Assembly (NCBI GenBank): GCA_963674745.2
Contig: CAXXDV010000001.1
Coordinates: forward strand, 128,001-192,000
Reading direction: 5' to 3'
From: Desulfosudaceae bacterium
Lineage (GTDB): Bacteria > Desulfobacterota > Desulfobacteria > Desulfobacterales > Desulfosudaceae
DNA length: 64,000 nucleotides
Of this stretch, positions 10,690-22,127 are shown piece after piece; the stretch's first letter is position 1; the number at the start of each line of letters is the position of its first letter. Made by a program: the position numbers and the translations under genes. The notes under the pieces were generated by a model that ran no database searches, was not told where the DNA came from, and was given only the letters and a program-made list of their open reading frames with translations.

Positions 10690-11390
10690 GGGGCCACCCC
10701 GTTATCCGCCAGGCCGGCAATGGCAGCTGCCAGGGCCAGATCATCCGGGGTCGTAATCTTGATGTTTCCGGGTGAACCGGGAATGACCCGCACGACCCGG
10801 CCCAATCGTTCCAGCAGAGCGGCATCATCCGTCACTTCCCAGCCCTGTTCGATCGCTGTTTGATGGGCTTTGAGCAGCATGTCACAGCGGAAAGCCTGGG
10901 GCGTCTGGGCCAGCCAGGCAAAAGCGCGGTCAATCGTACCGGTAATCCGTGCCTGCGGGTCAACCGTTTTGAGGGTGTCGTTGACCGGCACAGCCGCGAT
11001 ACAACCGTCCGCATCTTCGACACCGCTGAGACAGTCCCGAATCATTCCGGGGGTAACAAAAGGGCGGACCCCGTCATGAATGACAACGATTGAACCCTGA
11101 CACTGGTTTATCGCCCGCAGCCCGTTGAATACCGAATCCTGGCGCCTCTCTCCGCCGGCCGCCAGGCAGACGGCCTTTTCGCTTGCCACTTGCGGCAGAA
11201 TCGTTTTCCGGCAATAATCGAAATCGCTTTCCGGGATGACCAGGACAAGTTCATCAATTGCGTCGCAGGCGGCAAAAACATTCAGGGTGCGGCATAATAC
11301 CGGTTGACCGGCCAGGGGAAGATATTGTTTGGCCAGCTTGCCGGGCAGGCGTTCGCCTTTGCCGGCGGCCACGATCAAACCTGCTGCCAT
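10686..11390 (-). CDS. ispD: 2-C-methyl-D-erythritol 4-phosphate cytidylyltransferase
   Basis: AAGKGER, KQY, GGERRQDSV, HDGVRP, QTPQAF, TDDA, NIKITTPDD. Confidence 0.95.
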   Translation of the reverse strand: MAAGLIVAAGKGERLPGKLAKQYLPLAGQPVLCRTLNVFAACDAIDELVLVIPESDFDYCRKTILPQVASEKAVCLAAGGERRQDSVFNGLRAINQCQGSIVVIHDGVRPFVTPGMIRDCLSGVEDADGCIAAVPVNDTLKTVDPQARITGTIDRAFAWLAQTPQAFRCDMLLKAHQTAIEQGWEVTDDAALLERLGRVVRVIPGSPGNIKITTPDDLALAAAIAGLADNGVAP

Positions 11391-11411
11391 ATGATACCTC
11401 GTGTCAGTTGG

Positions 11412-12728
11412 CTATTTGAGGTAATCCAGCTCTTTGGGCAGGGGAATACCTTTACCCATGGTATCCTCTCCATAATTGACACCGGCCAGGACTTCAATAT
11501 CCTTGAGCGCGCGGGCATCACCTTCAAACACAACCGTTCTGGCTTTTTCCCGGCTGATCTTGCCGCCGGCCCATTGGATATCCAGAACACTGCTGGCGTC
11601 AAAAACATCGTCCCCCACATGGAGATTGACTTCCCCCCCGTAATACTGGACGATCTTGGCGACCAGCAGGCTGGGACGGCTGTGAAATCCCAGTTCAACC
11701 GGGATACCGACTTCAATCCGGTCACGTTCGATGTTTTCATTGAGGATGATCAGCGCCAGACGCTTACCGTCGGAGAGAAACTGGAACGCATAATAAAGGC
11801 CGTAATTAACAATTATGTCCAGCAGCGCTGAAACGTCAATCAGGGAAAAAAGCATATTCTGAACGTTTTTATAAACACTTTTTTCACCTTCACGCGGCAC
11901 AAAAAAATGGCGCTCATAAAAATGAAGCAACTTACCGATCAGATCGAACAGATGATAAACCACCGAAAAATAGCTCCGCAGTTCCTTGAGCCGCCGGTCA
12001 CCATATCTCAAGCCGCCGTAAATAATATACGTATCAAAAGAAGACTGCAGATTATGAACCAGCATTTCAAAACGCCGGGTGACCACCTCGTTGATCTTCT
12101 CCGGCACCATGGCCTGCATCTCGTCAAGATCGCACTTTTCATAAATGCCGTACTCTTCAAACCCCTTGGCAATATTCAAAAAGTCGCTGGTCACCTTGAC
12201 GATATTTTTCTGTTGCTGCTGGCGCCGGGGGCGTTCATCATCGACATCAAACTCCAGCATCTCGGTTGTTACCGCACTGGGAAAATCCTCGGATGAAAAA
12301 AAGGCTTTCGGCATGGAGATGCCCAGTCGCTCCGCTTCGGACAGGATGGCCGGAGCCAGCGATATCAATGTCCGGCTCAGAAAATGACGGGTCTCCTCAC
12401 CCTCTTTTTCAAAAGTCACTTTTTTCGAAAGCTCATAGAACACCAGGCGATTGGAAATATGCTCCTGGATATAACCGGCCATACTCAAATGCCTGACAGC
12501 GGCCGACAACTCCCGGAACAGATACCAGTTTTTATTGTTCTTAGCGCCGTGGAAATCAAGAAAATCCTCAACCAGATGGGACGAGGCAACCAGCTTGGAA
12601 TACAATTTCTTGGTAAACAACAGCTCCGGTGAGTCGCAAGCCGCGAGAAACCGGCAACACTGTAAATAATCATCCGAATATAGTCTCAACTTTTCAAAAA
12701 AGCTGATATCGCAATACTGAGCCGTCAC
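11412..12728 (-). CDS. Protein with a C-terminal HPr phosphocarrier domain and a large helical N-terminal region
   Basis: GFHSRPS (His15-like) and DASSVL (Ser46-like) within the last ~100 aa. Confidence 0.75.
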   Translation of the reverse strand: MTAQYCDISFFEKLRLYSDDYLQCCRFLAACDSPELLFTKKLYSKLVASSHLVEDFLDFHGAKNNKNWYLFRELSAAVRHLSMAGYIQEHISNRLVFYELSKKVTFEKEGEETRHFLSRTLISLAPAILSEAERLGISMPKAFFSSEDFPSAVTTEMLEFDVDDERPRRQQQQKNIVKVTSDFLNIAKGFEEYGIYEKCDLDEMQAMVPEKINEVVTRRFEMLVHNLQSSFDTYIIYGGLRYGDRRLKELRSYFSVVYHLFDLIGKLLHFYERHFFVPREGEKSVYKNVQNMLFSLIDVSALLDIIVNYGLYYAFQFLSDGKRLALIILNENIERDRIEVGIPVELGFHSRPSLLVAKIVQYYGGEVNLHVGDDVFDASSVLDIQWAGGKISREKARTVVFEGDARALKDIEVLAGVNYGEDTMGKGIPLPKELDYLK

Positions 12729-13032
12729 CGGAAATCCCTATTTCTGGAAGGCTAAAGCCTTCGTTATTTGATGGAAGGCTGAAGCCTTCCGCTGCAGATA
12801 TCACAACCTGTGGCTTGCCCGGGTCTGCCCCCCGCAAAGCGGGCCGCCCCATTCCTCAAACCCCGGCCACCTAACCACTTAACCACTTAATCACATAACC
12901 ACTTAATCACTTAAACACCTGAACGCTGAATGGACGTGATTCACAATCGGGCACGGCACGCCGCATCGGGCACGGCACGCCGTGCCCCTACAGTCATCCC
13001 AAGCCCCGAACCTAAAACCTTAAAATAAAAAA

Positions 13033-13432
13033 CGGTCGGAGTGACCCGTAAGCCGAATTCTGTTCTCCGTTCGGGTTGCCCCGGACAGAGCGGCGATCAT
13101 TCATCTGGGGCCGCCGGTCACCCGGCGCCTCATGCGACCTACCCGGAAGCTCGGGCGGGGCCACCCTCAAACGCCTCCCTATTTGGCCTTGCACCGGATG
13201 GGGTTTACCAAGCATTCCCGGTCACCCGGGAATCTGGTGCGCTCTTACCGCACCTTTTCACCCTTACCCGGAACCTGCAGCCCTAAAGGCCGCCGGGACC
13301 GGGCGGTATATTTTCTGTGGCACTTTCCTTCACGTCACCGTGACTTCACGTTATGAAGCATCCCGCCCTGTGGTGTTCGGACTTTCCTCCACAGCCAATA
13401 TGCTGCAGCGATCGCCTGGATCGCTCCGACCG
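13033..13432 (-). ncRNA. rnpB: RNase P RNA (type A)
   Basis: The minus strand carries GAGGAAAGTCCG, GGAAAGTGCCACAGAAA and ACAGAATTCGGCTTA; complementary ends CGGTCGGAG / CTCCGACCG form P1. Confidence 0.95.
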
Positions 13433-14167
13433 TTATTGTTCCTTATGATTACCGTTTACAAAAACAATCCTGTTACAAAACGGACAAAATCTCAATATAT
13501 TTGTCGTATGCAGTTCATTATACATCTGGGCGGGAATATTCATAAAACATCCCTGGCAGACGTAATCCCTGACCTCGGCAACCGCCTTGCCGCCGGCGAT
13601 GTTGCCCCGCACCTCCATAAACTGATCCAGCACCGCTTTTGGGGCCTCTTCGGCAATCTTGCGCCATTCGTCGTCCAGTGCCGTCAGCCGTTCTTCCTCC
13701 TGTTGGCGCTGTTCTTCCAGGTCCTGTTTTTCCTCCTCAAGCCTGGATTTTTCTTCTTCCCACTCACGCCTGTCATCGGCCAGGTGTTTTTCCGCCTCGT
13801 CCAGATCATCCAGGAGCTTGATCATATTATCTTCCAGCTTGCCGATCTGACGTTTTAAGTCCTCTATCTCCGTTAAAACCGCCTGGTATTCTTTGTTGCT
13901 TTTAATCGACATCAGCTTCAGGTCGCTCTTTTTGATACTCTCCTGCCGCTGCTTGATTTCAGCTTCACAATCCCGGTATTGCTTCTTCTGATTTTCCGAC
14001 AAAGTCTCCCGGTCGCGCATTTTCTGCTCTTCTTCAGCCAGCTGCTTGTCAAGCACTGCCATCTGTTCCGGTATCTTATTCAATGAAGATTTGATTTTAT
14101 TCCTGGCATCTTCATTGGCCTGCAAACGAATCAACACGTCCATTTCATCTTTGGTTACTTCCAGCAT
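13433..14167 (-). CDS. Coiled-coil protein with a C-terminal C4 zinc ribbon (DUF164/CT398-like)
   Basis: Long heptad region, CQGC...CPFCNRI; typical position after Nif3. Confidence 0.88.
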   Translation of the reverse strand: MLEVTKDEMDVLIRLQANEDARNKIKSSLNKIPEQMAVLDKQLAEEEQKMRDRETLSENQKKQYRDCEAEIKQRQESIKKSDLKLMSIKSNKEYQAVLTEIEDLKRQIGKLEDNMIKLLDDLDEAEKHLADDRREWEEEKSRLEEEKQDLEEQRQQEEERLTALDDEWRKIAEEAPKAVLDQFMEVRGNIAGGKAVAEVRDYVCQGCFMNIPAQMYNELHTTNILRFCPFCNRIVFVNGNHKEQ

Positions 14168-14192
14168 AAATCAATCTCCAAATTTTTTTATT

Positions 14193-15314
14193 TTATACCA
14201 GTCTAAAAGGGTTTTCTTCTCCCTGGCATCCTTTAATATCCGCCGCCAGGCCCGCTTCGGCGGCAAGGGCCCGAAGCCGTTCCACCAGCAGGTCCACCAC
14301 CAGATGTTCAGTTTCAAAATGCCCGGCGTCAATCAATCCCCGGCCCGATTCCACAGCGGCCAGGCCGTTGTGATGTTTCAACTCACCGCTTACAAAAACA
14401 TCGGCCGAAGACGCAAAAAAGCGATCCATCAGGCCGGCACCGCTGCCGGAGCATACGGCCACACTGGAAACAGACAGTTCGGGATCACCGGCAACCTTGA
14501 CATGATCGATTCCGAACCGCTGTTTGACCAGCCCGGCCAGATCGGCCAGGCGCATGGGTTTTTCCAGTCCGCCGACCCGCCCCAGTCCCTGCGCGGTTCC
14601 GACCGATCCGGCCAGAGGGAAAACATCATAGGCCATTGTTTCATATGGATGAACGGATTTTATCCGTTCAATCACACCACGCAAATCACAAGCAGCCACG
14701 ATCGTTTCGATCCGTACTTCATCGGCTTCGGCGATTTCTCCGGCTTTACCGATAAACGGTGAGGCCTCGGCCGAGGGTTTAAAACGGCCTTTTCCGTTAA
14801 CCGCAAAAGAGCAGCTTGAATACGCTCCGTAGTTCCCGGCCGGGCTGTCCTCCAGCACCCGTAAAACGTCCCCCTCGTGTGTCAGGGGGACAAACACCGC
14901 CAGTTTGCGGTACTCCGGCATGCGGGGTGAGTCCAGCACCCGGATGTCTTTCAGCCCCAGCTTATCGGCACAGACATCATTCAACCCGCCGGCGGCACTG
15001 TCCAGGTTTGTATGGGCGCTGAATATGGACAACCGGTTTTCAACCGCCATTTTCAGGGCATTCCCGGGCATGCGCTCAAAATCAACGGTTTTTAACCCGG
15101 AAAACAGCAGTGGATGATGCGTGATCAGCAGATCCGCCCCATCTTCACAGACGTCGGCGATCACCCGGTATGAAGGGTCCAGCGCAACCCGGATACGATC
15201 GGCCGGCCAACGCGGGCTGCCCGCCTGAAGACCGCAATTGTCCCAGGGTTCCGCCAGATCAGGCGGGGCCAGCCGATTCATAAGCCCGGCAATATCAGCC
15301 ACGGTCACCGTCAT
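14193..15314 (-). CDS. Nif3-like dinuclear metal-centre hexameric protein
   Basis: WDNCGL, THHPL, HTNLD, HPYE, GHFETE. Confidence 0.92.
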   Translation of the reverse strand: MTVTVADIAGLMNRLAPPDLAEPWDNCGLQAGSPRWPADRIRVALDPSYRVIADVCEDGADLLITHHPLLFSGLKTVDFERMPGNALKMAVENRLSIFSAHTNLDSAAGGLNDVCADKLGLKDIRVLDSPRMPEYRKLAVFVPLTHEGDVLRVLEDSPAGNYGAYSSCSFAVNGKGRFKPSAEASPFIGKAGEIAEADEVRIETIVAACDLRGVIERIKSVHPYETMAYDVFPLAGSVGTAQGLGRVGGLEKPMRLADLAGLVKQRFGIDHVKVAGDPELSVSSVAVCSGSGAGLMDRFFASSADVFVSGELKHHNGLAAVESGRGLIDAGHFETEHLVVDLLVERLRALAAEAGLAADIKGCQGEENPFRLV

Positions 15315-15401
15315 ATCGCTCTCCCTTGCACCAAAATTTTCACGAGTCGGCCTGAGCGCCGACCCCTGATTCCTTCTTCAAGGCACAACACACCAACTCA
15401 C

Positions 15402-15751
15402 GTAGGGGCCACGGCCTGTAGGGGCAACCCCCTGTGGTTGCCCTTACCGGGCAGGCACGGGGGCCTGCCCCTACAATATTCATAAACAACCGCCACGGCC
15501 TGTAGGGGCAACCCCCTGTGGTTGCCCTTCACCGGGCAGGCACGGGGGCCTGCCCCTACATTATTCATGAACGCCCACCACGGAATCATGAACATTCTCC
15601 GCGGCCTGTAGGGGCAACCCCCTGTGGTTGCCCTTCACCGGGCAGGCACGGGGGCCTGCCCCTACAATATTCATAAACAACCGCCACGGCCTGTAGGGGC
15701 AACCCCCTGTGGTTGCCCTTTTACCGGGCAGGCACGGGGGCCTGCCCCTAC
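15402..15751. repeat. Tandem GTAG REP doublets (4 units)
   Basis: Same doublet as 8538-8823, with two alternating spacer types. Confidence 0.9.
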
Positions 15752-16008
15752 AACGTTAGCGAGCGGCCTGCATCACAGCAGAAATACCCGAATTGACCCG
15801 CCTGAGGGGTGAATTCTTTAACATAAAAATTCATGGGAAAAAATAAAAAGGGCATGGTGTCAAAGACACCACGCCCTTTAAAATCAGCCTTCCATCCGAA
15901 TGGCCGGATGGGTTTATTGCTCCTTTGCCTCATCGCTTCTCAAATCGGTTATTACCGTCATATGCCGTTCTCTATGTTCCGGCCCGAACATTTTTCGGGC
16001 TTAAAAAG

Positions 16009-16082
16009 TGGGCCCACCTGGGATCGAACCAGGGACCTACCGGTTATGAGCCGGTGGCTCTGCCTAGCTGAGCTATGGGCCC
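16009..16082 (-). tRNA. tRNA with CAT anticodon, most likely tRNA-Ile2 (lysidine type); CCA not encoded
   Basis: GGGCCCATAGCTCAG...CCGGCT-CAT-AACCGG...GGTTCGATCCC...GGGCCCA; G1-C72 pair argues against an initiator; lies downstream of rpoD. Confidence 0.9.
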
Positions 16083-16170
16083 TTAACGTATTGCCAGTTG
16101 TAAAGGATTCTGGTTTATTACGTCCTGTTTGTCAATCTTATAGACCAGAATCCTGAAAAAATCTCTTTTT

Positions 16171-16330
16171 TAGGGGCAGGCACGGGGGCCTGCCCCTACA
16201 TTATTCATGAACGCCCACCACGGAATCATGAACATTCTCCGCGGCCTGTAGGGGCAACCCCCTGTGGTTGCCCTTCACCGGGCAGGCACGGGGGCCTGCC
16301 CCTACATTATTCATGAACGCCTGCCCCTAC
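16171..16330. repeat. GTAG REP cluster downstream of rpoD
   Basis: Largely identical to part of the 15402-15751 cluster. Confidence 0.85.
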
Positions 16331-16340
16331 AGCATTCAGG

Positions 16341-18473
16341 TTAGCTTTCCTCCATAAAGTGTTTCAGCTTCTTGCTCCGGGTCGGATGCCGCAACTTCCG
16401 CAAGGCCTTGGCCTCTATCTGCCGGATGCGTTCCCGGGTAACCGCGAAGTCCCGGCCGACCTCCTCCAGGGTATGGTCCGCTTTTTCACCGATACCGAAA
16501 CGCATGCGAAGCACTTTCTCTTCACGCGGTGTCAACGTGGCCAGCACTTTTCTGGTCTGTTGCGACAAGTTCAGATTCACCGCGGCATCCGAAGGGATCA
16601 TAAACTTTTTATCCTCGATAAAATCACCCAGATGACTGTCTTCTTCCTCACCAATAGGCGTTTCCAGGGAAATCGGTTCCCTGGCGATCTTGAGCACCCG
16701 CCGGACTTTGTCCAGAGACACTTCCATTTTTTCCGCGATTTCTTCGGGTGAGGGTTCGTATCCCCGTTCCTGAACAAGGTAACGGGAGGTCCGGATAAGC
16801 TTGTTGATGGTTTCAATCATGTGAACCGGGATCCTGATGGTCCGGGCCTGGTCCGCGATGGCCCGGGTGATGGCCTGCCGGATCCACCAGGTGGCGTACG
16901 TGCTGAACTTGTATCCCCGCCTATACTCGAACTTATCCACGGCTTTCATCAGGCCGATATTGCCCTCCTGGATCAGATCCAGGAACTGAAGTCCACGATT
17001 GGTGTATTTCTTGGCAATACTGACTACCAGGCGCAGGTTTGCCTGCACCAGTTCGCCCTTGGCGTCTCTGGCCCGGGCATAGCCATCTGCCACTTTTGAC
17101 ATCACCCGTTTTAAGGCACGGCTGTCGGCCATCAATGATGTTTCACGAAGAGAAATCTGTTCGTCAAGCTCTTTAAGCCTGTTGAACACTTCCCCCAGTT
17201 CTTTTTTGGTCGACTTGGAACGCCCGTCGGCCCAGGACATGAATCCGGTTCTGGTTTTCAGATTGGCCCGCAAGGTAGTGGCGGAGATATTGATGCCGAC
17301 GGTACCGGCGCACGCTTCCATGAGATTGAACTGCTGGTCGAACCAGTATAGCTGCTCGCGAATGCGGCCTTCGATATTCACCATCACCTCATTTTCAATC
17401 CGCCAGTTCATCAGGTGTTCAAATATTTTATTGTTGCGGCGTGTCAGGGCATCCCTGGTGCGTTTTCGTTCCGCTTCGGATACCTGAGAAGACATGAGCT
17501 GCTCGCGTTGACTGATGTTCTCCGCATCCAACTGTTTGATAACGCGGATCGTCTCCAGGAATCCCTCCACCCGTTTTTCCTCGTCTTCGCTGACATCTCC
17601 TTCATCCACGTCTTTTAAAACAAACTTCGGCCGCAAGTTGCCGGACTCAATATTATCGCCCAGGGCAATGATACTCTCGACCCCGATGGCCGTCTCCAGC
17701 ATACTTTTCAATGCCTCCTGCTCGCCGGCTTCAATTTTTTTGGCAATTACGACCTCGCCTTCCCGGCTTAACAGGGTCACCAGTCCCATTTCACGGAGAT
17801 ACATCTTGACCGTATCGCCGACACCGCCAAAAGCAGAAGCGGGTTTTTTTTCAGGGCTTTTTTTGGCGGCAGCCTTTTTCTTTTTTTTCTGGTCCGCTTC
17901 TTTAACGACAAGAACCTTTGCCTTCTCCAGACAGACCATGGCCTCGTCCATCTGCTCAGCGGCAATATTCAACTCTGTCATCGATTGTTCAAGCTCCTCA
18001 TAAGTTAGTGTTCCCTGCTTTTTGCCCTTGGCAATCACGTCTTTTAATATTTTCTTGAGCGGCGACTTCTTTTTGGGCGCGGTTTTCTTGCGGGAAGCTT
18101 TCCCGGCCGCCGTTTTAGTCTTAACAACTTTGTTCACAACTTTTCCTTTCCTGGCAGCCGTTTTTTGAGGTGCCGTTTTCTTGGCAACCTTTTTCTTGAC
18201 CGCCGTTTTTTGAGGTGCCGTTTTCTTGGCAACCTTTTTCTTGGCCGCCGTTTTTTGAGGTGCCGTTTTCCTGGCAGCCGTCTTTTTCGTTACGGTCTTG
18301 CCCTTGGGAGCGGCTTTCCCGGTGGCCTTGCTGCCGGCATTGGTTGCTTTTCCGGCGGCTTTGGCCGGCGCGGTTTTCCGCCTGGTTGCGGTTTTTTCGG
18401 CAGTTGCAGCTTTCGCGGCAACTTTCTTCTTTTTTGCAGATGAATTCTTTTTACCAGAAGATGTACGCGCCAT
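16341..18473 (-). CDS. rpoD: Primary sigma factor sigma70 with a Lys/Ala-rich N-terminal extension
   Basis: [51 protein letters not shown]. Confidence 0.97.
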   Translation of the reverse strand: MARTSSGKKNSSAKKKKVAAKAATAEKTATRRKTAPAKAAGKATNAGSKATGKAAPKGKTVTKKTAARKTAPQKTAAKKKVAKKTAPQKTAVKKKVAKKTAPQKTAARKGKVVNKVVKTKTAAGKASRKKTAPKKKSPLKKILKDVIAKGKKQGTLTYEELEQSMTELNIAAEQMDEAMVCLEKAKVLVVKEADQKKKKKAAAKKSPEKKPASAFGGVGDTVKMYLREMGLVTLLSREGEVVIAKKIEAGEQEALKSMLETAIGVESIIALGDNIESGNLRPKFVLKDVDEGDVSEDEEKRVEGFLETIRVIKQLDAENISQREQLMSSQVSEAERKRTRDALTRRNNKIFEHLMNWRIENEVMVNIEGRIREQLYWFDQQFNLMEACAGTVGINISATTLRANLKTRTGFMSWADGRSKSTKKELGEVFNRLKELDEQISLRETSLMADSRALKRVMSKVADGYARARDAKGELVQANLRLVVSIAKKYTNRGLQFLDLIQEGNIGLMKAVDKFEYRRGYKFSTYATWWIRQAITRAIADQARTIRIPVHMIETINKLIRTSRYLVQERGYEPSPEEIAEKMEVSLDKVRRVLKIAREPISLETPIGEEEDSHLGDFIEDKKFMIPSDAAVNLNLSQQTRKVLATLTPREEKVLRMRFGIGEKADHTLEEVGRDFAVTRERIRQIEAKALRKLRHPTRSKKLKHFMEES

Positions 18474-18487
18474 TGAGCTTCCCCCCT

Positions 18488-20323
18488 TTATCTTTCCGTA
18501 GTATGGGCCTCGTTTTTGATCCGTCTTAACCTGTCTCTTTTGGTTTCCAGCAGTTGCTCCAGCAAGTTATCGTCATGGCTGTTTTCAGCCGCTTTTATCC
18601 GAGCACTTAAGTCATCTTCCCCGGCATGGCAACTGGCCACAAACTGCTGCACCAGTTTGTGGCAGTCGGACGCGTTCCATTCTTTGGGACTCAGCTCATC
18701 GCCTACCAGCAGGGAAGTCATCATCCGTTTCTGCTCATCATTATCAACCAGTTCAACCAATGCCATCATATCGGCTTTCGGCTCCGTGATTATCCGGCGA
18801 TGGTTTAATATAATTCTACCGATGGCCGCCAGATCATTATTATCGAAATTCTTTAGTATACCTGTCCGGTCTATTTCCGGCAACATAAAAGGTGCGTGCA
18901 GCATCATTTCAACCAGCTGTCTTTCTATCCGATATTTTCCGGAGCCAAAATCCGCGGGCTGCTTTCCGGGCAGCGGGATGTCACCGGCATTGCCGTGCCG
19001 GGCGGTAGCCCCGGATTTGATTTCAGCAACCGCTTTGTTTACCCGGTCCAGGACCGCGCGTTCTTCAATTTTGAGGCGTTCCGCCAGCTCCTTGACATAA
19101 AGCAACCGGGCCAGTTCATCATCAACAGCAGCCACCACGGTTTCCATTTCTGAAATCACCCTGAGTTTACCATCTACAGAAAGACCGTGTTTCTTGACCG
19201 CCTCATCTATCAAGAACAGCATGGCTTCCCGGGCATTGGCGGCCAGGTGTTGAAACTTCCCGGCGCCGTATTGCATCAGATAGGAATCCGGGTCATATCC
19301 TTCCGGCAGCGAAAGAATAAACGGTTTAATGCCTTTCTCCCCGGAAAACAGCTCTATCCCCCGCCGGGCGGCCTTGATGCCGGCTTCGTCCGAATCAAAC
19401 ACCATCACGGCCCGGGTGACATATCCTTTTAACAAATGGACGTGCTCAACCGTCATCGATGTGCCCAGGGTGGCCACGACATTCTGGATGCCATGCCGGT
19501 ATACCGCCAGAAAATCCATATATCCTTCAGTAATATATACGGTCTCCGTTTCCCGGCACTTCTGTTTGGCCGATTCCAGCCCGTAAAGCGTTCGCCGCTT
19601 GTTATAAAGCGGGGTTTCGGGGGAATTCAGGTACTTGGGCAAAGAATCATCAAAAACCCGGCCACCGAAAGCAATAATCCGGCCGGCCACATCGGTTATG
19701 GGGAACATGAGCCGGTTCCGGAATCGATCGTAGTATCCGCCGGATTGTTTTTTGACAACCAGACCGGCCTGTTCCAGAACCCGCGGCGGGAAACCCTTGT
19801 TGCTCAAATAACTCAACAGGTTGTCCCAACCTGCCGGTGCAACGCCCAGCTTGAAGTGATCGACGATATCCTTTGTCAGCCCACGTTTGGCGACATAGGA
19901 CCGGGCCGGTGCGCTCTGAGGGTCGTCTATTAATTTTTGATGAAAATAGTCGGCCGCCATGGCATTTGCTTTAAGCAGCCGCTGTCTTTCGGATTCGGCC
20001 TTCTTCTGTTCCGGTGTTCTTTGCTCCTGGGGCAGGGAAATTCCGTATCGCCGGGCAAGCATCCGGACGGCTTCCGGGAACGAAATCCCCTGATGTTTCA
20101 TCAGAAAACTAAACACATTGCCGCCTTCATGACAGCCGAAGCAATGAAATATCTGTTTATCGGGACTAACCGTGAAGGAAGGGGTTTTTTCCTGGTGAAA
20201 GGGACAAAGTCCAAGAAAATTTTTTCCGGACTTTTTCAGAATAACGGCTTCTGACACGATATCCACAATATTCGCGGTATTTCGAATTTCCGAGATTTTG
20301 TCTTCAGGAATATAGCCGGACAA
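18488..20323 (-). CDS. dnaG: DNA primase
   Basis: CPFH...CFGC zinc finger, [23 protein letters not shown] Toprim motif. Confidence 0.97.
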   Translation of the reverse strand: MSGYIPEDKISEIRNTANIVDIVSEAVILKKSGKNFLGLCPFHQEKTPSFTVSPDKQIFHCFGCHEGGNVFSFLMKHQGISFPEAVRMLARRYGISLPQEQRTPEQKKAESERQRLLKANAMAADYFHQKLIDDPQSAPARSYVAKRGLTKDIVDHFKLGVAPAGWDNLLSYLSNKGFPPRVLEQAGLVVKKQSGGYYDRFRNRLMFPITDVAGRIIAFGGRVFDDSLPKYLNSPETPLYNKRRTLYGLESAKQKCRETETVYITEGYMDFLAVYRHGIQNVVATLGTSMTVEHVHLLKGYVTRAVMVFDSDEAGIKAARRGIELFSGEKGIKPFILSLPEGYDPDSYLMQYGAGKFQHLAANAREAMLFLIDEAVKKHGLSVDGKLRVISEMETVVAAVDDELARLLYVKELAERLKIEERAVLDRVNKAVAEIKSGATARHGNAGDIPLPGKQPADFGSGKYRIERQLVEMMLHAPFMLPEIDRTGILKNFDNNDLAAIGRIILNHRRIITEPKADMMALVELVDNDEQKRMMTSLLVGDELSPKEWNASDCHKLVQQFVASCHAGEDDLSARIKAAENSHDDNLLEQLLETKRDRLRRIKNEAHTTER

Positions 20324-20340
20324 CGCCCTCTCCCTTGACG

Positions 20341-21075
20341 CTACACCATTTTCCCGGCAGCGGCGGCAATCGCCTCGGGGAGATTCACATCTCCCTCATA
20401 CAGGGCCCTTCCGATAATCACGCCGATCACGCCCGGGTCTTTCATGTTTGCCAGCGCGCGGATATCGTCCACGACTGAGACACCTCCGGAAGCGACCACG
20501 GCGATATCAACTTCCGCCGCGAACTTTTCTGTAGCGGATATGTTCGGTCCGGTCCGCATGCCGTCCCGTGATATATCCGTAAAATTGATCGCCGACAGCC
20601 CGATCCCTTCAAATTGTCTGGCCAGGTCCACCGCGGAAACATCCGTCATTTCAACCCAGCCTTCGATGGCAACCCGACCGTCTCTGGCATCAATGCCCAG
20701 CACGATCTGATCCGGAAACGCCCGGCAGGCCGCGGTCACCATTTCCGGGTTGTTGACCGCCCCGGAACCGATAACGACTTTGGCCACACCCAGGTCAAGA
20801 TACATCTTCACGGTATCCACATCACGGATACCGCCGCCGACCTGTATCGGCACCGAAACACCTTTGATAATCCGCTCGATAGCCGCCAGGTTCTGAGGCC
20901 GCTTGTTGACGGCACCGTCCAGGTCGACCACATGAATCAACTCAGCCCCCAGATCCGCCCATTTTCTGGCCATCTCCGAAGGATCGTCTGAAAAAACGGT
21001 CTCGGCATCCATTCTGCCCTGAAGCAGACGGACACACCTGCCGTCTTTTATATCAACCGCCGGTATAATGATCAT
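20341..21075 (-). CDS. hisA: Phosphoribosylformimino-5-aminoimidazole carboxamide ribotide isomerase
   Basis: IPAVD, HVVDLDGA, QVGGGIR, TDISRDG, ASGG, GRALY. Confidence 0.95.
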   Translation of the reverse strand: MIIIPAVDIKDGRCVRLLQGRMDAETVFSDDPSEMARKWADLGAELIHVVDLDGAVNKRPQNLAAIERIIKGVSVPIQVGGGIRDVDTVKMYLDLGVAKVVIGSGAVNNPEMVTAACRAFPDQIVLGIDARDGRVAIEGWVEMTDVSAVDLARQFEGIGLSAINFTDISRDGMRTGPNISATEKFAAEVDIAVVASGGVSVVDDIRALANMKDPGVIGVIIGRALYEGDVNLPEAIAAAAGKMV

Positions 21076-21095
21076 GAAACGTCAGTGCGCCTTTC

Positions 21096-21683
21096 TCAGA
21101 TACAGCCTTTGGTAGACATCGGCCCCGATATCCGTTCATCCCGGCGGGTGGCCTCGTCCAGCGCCCGGCCCGTCGCCTTGAACATGGATTCAATGACATG
21201 ATGTTCGTTGTCACCGTAAAGCATATTAATATGAAGCGTCATGCCGGCGTTTGTCGAAAAGGCCCTGAAGAACTCTTTTGCCAGGGAAAGGCCGAAACCG
21301 GTTTCCGAAAAAGCGGGTACAGGCGCGTTGAACACCAGAAAAGGCCGGTTGGAAAGATCGATGGCGACCGACGCCAGACACTCGTCCATGGGCGTAACAG
21401 CATAGCCGTATCGCTTGATGCCGTTTCTGTCACCCAGCGCTTTTTTGACGGCTTCACCCAACATCAGGCCGACATCCTCGACCGTGTGGTGAAAGTCAAC
21501 CTCGATATCGCCTTTGGCTTTCAGGGTGAGATCAAAAAATCCGTGGGCGGAAAAAAGGGTCAGCATGTGGTCAAAAAAAGGAATGCCGGTAGAGATATCC
21601 CGCTTGCCGGTGCCGTCCAGAACAATACTGATGTCAACCTGCGTTTCTTCTGTTTTTCGTGACGCAGTTCCAGATCGTTCCAT
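21096..21683 (-). CDS. hisB: Imidazoleglycerol-phosphate dehydratase
   Basis: FFDHML, DFHHTVED, PMDE, NEHHVIE, STKG; start approximate. Confidence 0.95.
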   Translation of the reverse strand: MERSGTASRKTEETQVDISIVLDGTGKRDISTGIPFFDHMLTLFSAHGFFDLTLKAKGDIEVDFHHTVEDVGLMLGEAVKKALGDRNGIKRYGYAVTPMDECLASVAIDLSNRPFLVFNAPVPAFSETGFGLSLAKEFFRAFSTNAGMTLHINMLYGDNEHHVIESMFKATGRALDEATRRDERISGPMSTKGCI

Positions 21684-21779
21684 CACCATCACCTGTAAAA
21701 AATATCTGTTCGATCAATGCAGGCAGACAGCCGGAAATCGTTACTTAAAAACATGATCCACCGGTCATGCCTGTTATTA

Positions 21780-21855
21780 TGGTGGAGATGAGGGGGCTCG
21801 AACCCCTGACCTCGGCATTGCGAACGCCGCGCTCTCCCAGCTGAGCTACATCCCC
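21780..21855 (-). tRNA. tRNA-Ala (CGC)
   Basis: GGGGATGTAGCTCAGCTGGGAGAGC...TT-CGC-AA...GGTTCGAGCCCC...CTCCACCA; G3-U70 pair. Confidence 0.95.
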
Positions 21856-22127
21856 AGTGTAAAACTTGATTTAATTATCAGCAGTAAATCAATATGTCAA
21901 GAAGCAATCAGCCACCGGTAAAAATAAAAAAGCTTTTAAACTCAGACCATTATAGTTGAAACAAATCCCCCCGGGCTATCCTGATAAAAATATAAAGAAA
22001 TTACGGATAGTTAGCCATAAAAAACCGCCCCAGAAAAAACTTGCCAGAACGATACATTCTATATATAATTCTTTAAAATTGTATGTCAAGAAAAATCAGG
22101 CACTATATATAGATATAAAAATAAGCC

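Noticed and set aside
13076..13858. 260-aa plus-strand ORF
   Set aside because: Antisense to rnpB and the zinc-ribbon gene; no recognisable motifs
21780..21855. tRNA-Ala as the integration site of the accessory region
   Set aside because: Its 3' end faces the housekeeping genes, and no duplicated 3' fragment or integrase was seen
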